From an uncultured Janthinobacterium sp. (GTDB lineage: Bacteria; Vulcanimicrobiota; Vulcanimicrobiia; Vulcanimicrobiales; Vulcanimicrobiaceae): 11,163 nt of DNA. The notes beneath the pieces were generated by a model that did no database searches, was not told where the DNA came from, and worked only from the letters and a program-made list of their open reading frames with translations. The translations under genes were made by a program, and so were the position numbers. Below, piece after piece: positions 6,616 through 11,163 of this stretch (position 1 is its first letter; every line of letters starts with the position of its first letter). The stretch lies in assembly GCA_964658025.1 (NCBI GenBank), contig CAZZXB010000046.1, positions 1 to 11,163 of the forward strand. The letters are read 5' to 3'.

Positions 6616-7701
6616 CTAAGACGGGAGATCGCGCCGCGGCGACGTGGCGTTCGCTTCCACGACCTCGCGGTAGATCGCGTCCAAACGCGCCGCGATCGCG
6701 CTCGGGCGCAGATCGCGCGCGACCGCGAGATTCGCTTCGAGGATCGCGCGACGCTCGTCCGGCGCGAGCGCGAGCACGTCGTCGACGATTCGGCGAAACG
6801 CCTCGGCATCGCCGCGCGGATACAAGTAACGCCGGCTCGCCTCGGGCAAGCGTTCGCGGAGCTGCGGTACGTCGACCGCGACGATCATCGCTCCGACGCT
6901 CATCGCGAGCGACGCGACGCCCGAGGTGAGGACGCGCTCGTACGGCAACACGACGCACGCCGCCGACCGCAGCAAGCCCGGAATCTCGGCATCGGGGACG
7001 TGGCGGAGATCCCAATGCACGTCGAGCCGGTCCGCCTGTTCGGCGATGACCGCCGCGGCCTCGACGCCGCGTCCGCTGATCCGCACGTACGCATCGCGCG
7101 ACCGCAGGTACGCTTCCGGCAACATCCCGATCATCGGACCGAGACCTTTTTGGATTCGGATCCAGCCGAACGCTTGGATCCGGCGATCGCGCGCGGGCTC
7201 GCGCATGCCGGCGCGGAGCGTCGCCTCGTCCTCGAAGCGTCCGAGATACGAGGGATGGGGCAAGAAGCGGACGCGCGATTCGTCGAGCGTTACTTGGGCG
7301 GCGAGCGTGTCGCGCGACGCGCGGTCGTGCAAGAGGATACGATCGGCACGGCGCGCGAGCGCGTCGCGCATCGCGAGGAATTGTCGGTGATAGGGGATCT
7401 CGTGCGGGAGTTCGTTGTGAACGGTCCACACGATCGCGCCGCGACGTTCGTGAATGCTCGCGATCTCGGCGACGAACGCCGTCGATGCCGCGTCGGCTTC
7501 GGCATCGGAACGGCACGCCTTCAGGACGAATTCTTCCCAGTGGACGTGGACGATGACCGTCGTGCCGGCATCGAGATCGTCGACGGCGTCGCGGAGCGTT
7601 CCGTCCTCGAGGTAGACGCGTTCGTATCGGTCTTCGATCCCTTCGAACAGCAAGGGCACGTACGTGCTGTTGCGGTCGACCGGATAACAATACACCTTCA
7701 T
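6616..7701 (-). CDS. Glycosyltransferase, GT-B fold (GT4-like), about 361 aa (the alternative GTG start at 7752 gives 378 aa)
   Basis: IVHVHWEE, IVWTVHNELPHE, FLPHPSY, FGWIRIQKGL and VVLPYERVLTSGVASLAMSVGAMIVAVD follow the pattern of GT4-like retaining glycosyltransferases. MKVYCYP at 7701 looks like a typical first beta-strand. Confidence 0.82.
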   Translation of the reverse strand: MKVYCYPVDRNSTYVPLLFEGIEDRYERVYLEDGTLRDAVDDLDAGTTVIVHVHWEEFVLKACRSDAEADAASTAFVAEIASIHERRGAIVWTVHNELPHEIPYHRQFLAMRDALARRADRILLHDRASRDTLAAQVTLDESRVRFLPHPSYLGRFEDEATLRAGMREPARDRRIQAFGWIRIQKGLGPMIGMLPEAYLRSRDAYVRISGRGVEAAAVIAEQADRLDVHWDLRHVPDAEIPGLLRSAACVVLPYERVLTSGVASLAMSVGAMIVAVDVPQLRERLPEASRRYLYPRGDAEAFRRIVDDVLALAPDERRAILEANLAVARDLRPSAIAARLDAIYREVVEANATSPRRDLPS

Positions 7702-7845
7702 CGGGCCGACGATCGCCGCACGCTCACGCGCGACTCCTTCGGTCGATCGCACGACGAAGGATTTTTCTGGACGCCCCCGTTTATCGTCCGGCTCGGCGGC
7801 CGACGATCGCGCGTTCCACGCACGGCGTTCGCGAACGGCGCGTCG

Positions 7846-8793
7846 TTACGGATCGGCTTCCGCTTCGTTCGGAATTCGAACGCCGGTCGGTAACCGTTCG
7901 CGCATGATCCTCGCGATCTCGCGGAGATCGTGCGCGCGCGTTTCGGTCGCGCGCCAGACGAGCGCGATCGTGCGCCCGGCATCATTCGCGTCGAGTTCGC
8001 GATAGGCGATCATCCCGTGGATCGTCGTGTGCTCCGCGGCGGCGAGTAACGGGATGATCGAGATGCCTTCGCCCGCCGCGATCATGTGGCGCAACATCTC
8101 GAGCGAGCTCGCGTAGCGGCCGGGGTTCGGGAGTTGGCGCGGATCGCAGAGCGATATCGTCTGATCGCGCAGGCAGTGGCCGTCCTCCATCAACAAGATC
8201 TGGCCGCGCTCGACGTCGTCCATGCGCACGCGATCCCGGCGCGCCAGTTCGTGATCGCTCGGACACGCGAGCCGGAACGGCTCGAAGAAGAGCGGTTCGG
8301 CGACGAGACCGTCCATCGGCACGGGCAGCGCGACGAAGATCGCGTCGAGCTTGCCGTGGCGCAACCCGGCGAGCAGTTCGTCCGTCGTCGCTTCGAGCAA
8401 CCGGAGCGCGAGCCGCGGAAAGCGCTCGCGGCCGAGCGCGATGACGGAGGGCATGTAGTACGGCCCGAGCGTCGAGATGACGCCGAGGCGTAACTCGCCC
8501 GACAGCGGCTCGGAACTCCGACGCGCGTCGTCGAGGAGGCGTCGCGCGTCGCCGAGTAGGGTCTCGGCACGTTCGAGAATGGCGCGCCCGCGCACGGTCG
8601 GTTCGACTTTCCGCGTCGTGCGTTCGAACAGCGGGACGCCGAGGATCGATTCGAGTTTGCGCACCTGTTCGCTCAGCGCCGCCTGGCTCACGCCGCACGA
8701 TTCCGCGGCGCGCCCGAAATGATGCTCCCGCGCGACGGCGACCGCGTATTCGAGATCGCGGAGCGAGAGCGACGAAACCGAACTCGGATACAC
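7846..8793 (-). CDS. oxyR: LysR-family hydrogen-peroxide sensor OxyR, about 315 aa (probable GTG start at 8793)
   Basis: HTH LRDLEYAVAVAREHHFGRAAESCGVSQAALSEQVRKLE...LFERT, then LRLGVISTLGPY. The redox motif LLMEDGHCLRDQTISLC keeps the C-X8-C pair equivalent to E. coli C199/C208, followed by ASSLEMLRHMIAAGEGISIIP. The gene is divergent from katG. The ORF-track start at 8898 would run through the katG promoter. Confidence 0.93.
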   Translation of the reverse strand: MYPSSVSSLSLRDLEYAVAVAREHHFGRAAESCGVSQAALSEQVRKLESILGVPLFERTTRKVEPTVRGRAILERAETLLGDARRLLDDARRSSEPLSGELRLGVISTLGPYYMPSVIALGRERFPRLALRLLEATTDELLAGLRHGKLDAIFVALPVPMDGLVAEPLFFEPFRLACPSDHELARRDRVRMDDVERGQILLMEDGHCLRDQTISLCDPRQLPNPGRYASSLEMLRHMIAAGEGISIIPLLAAAEHTTIHGMIAYRELDANDAGRTIALVWRATETRAHDLREIARIMRERLPTGVRIPNEAEADP

Positions 8794-8805
8794 GATGCTC
8801 GATTC

Positions 8806-8842
8806 ATCGGAAAATCCATACGAATCCTTCAGATAAATCGAT
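8806..8842. promoter_or_regulatory. Putative OxyR binding site
   Basis: 37-bp ATCG-N7-CATA-N7-TTCA-N7-CGAT, with the geometry of the OxyR consensus ATAG-N7-CTAT-N7-ATAG-N7-CTAT. The outer tetramers are exact inverted repeats, the right half contains the LysR T-N11-A (8829-8841), and the inner tetramers match poorly. Confidence 0.55.
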
Positions 8843-8871
8843 TTTACTTGCCGAGCCGGACGTGCTAACGT
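8843..8871 (+). promoter_or_regulatory. Putative sigma70-type katG promoter
   Basis: -35 TTTACT (8843-8848), 17-nt spacer, and -10 TAACGT (8866-8871) preceded by an extended -10 TG (8863-8864). It lies immediately downstream of the putative OxyR site. Confidence 0.55.
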
Positions 8872-8888
8872 TTCGATATCCCTAATAG

Positions 8889-11150
<2,262 letters not shown>

Positions 11151-11163
11151 CGCGGTCGGAGCG

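Noticed and set aside
6366..6809. 731-aa version of mysA starting at 6809
   Set aside because: It would overlap the GT 3' end by about 190 nt and is Arg/Ser-rich. The ATG at 6365 has a proper SD.
7820..7845. Palindrome CGTTCGCGAACG (7826-7837) after the oxyR stop as an intrinsic terminator
   Set aside because: The stem is short and imperfect and no U-tract follows on the minus strand, so it cannot be supported as a terminator.
5992..7893. 633-aa plus-strand ORF and the other antisense ORFs across the mys, oxyR and katG genes (e.g. 966-2012 +, 8865-10268 -)
   Set aside because: These are shadow frames of well-supported genes on the opposite strand, with no recognisable domains.

Overview
High-GC bacterial DNA with two adjacent stress-protection modules. 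(1) On the minus strand is a tightly coupled six-gene operon for a mycosporine-like amino acid (MAA, UV sunscreen/antioxidant). Its order is: a long, divergent sedoheptulose-7-phosphate cyclase of the DDGS type (mysA, 6365-4614); a HAD-family protein lacking both motif-I aspartates; a TauD-family Fe(II)/2-oxoglutarate dioxygenase; O-methyltransferase mysB; ATP-grasp ligase mysC; and D-Ala-D-Ala-ligase-like mysD. mysD runs off the left edge and is absent from the ORF track, so I translated it by hand. A GT-B (GT4-like) glycosyltransferase lies just upstream on the same strand. (2) A divergent oxyR (-) / katG (+) pair has a readable OxyR-type site abutting the katG promoter. The most interesting element is the non-canonical MAA cluster, whose extra enzymes (TauD-type oxygenase, apparent pseudo-phosphatase, glycosyltransferase) suggest a modified product, next to the peroxide regulon. 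No mobile elements, RNA genes or CRISPR arrays were seen. All family assignments come from motif recognition, not database searches.
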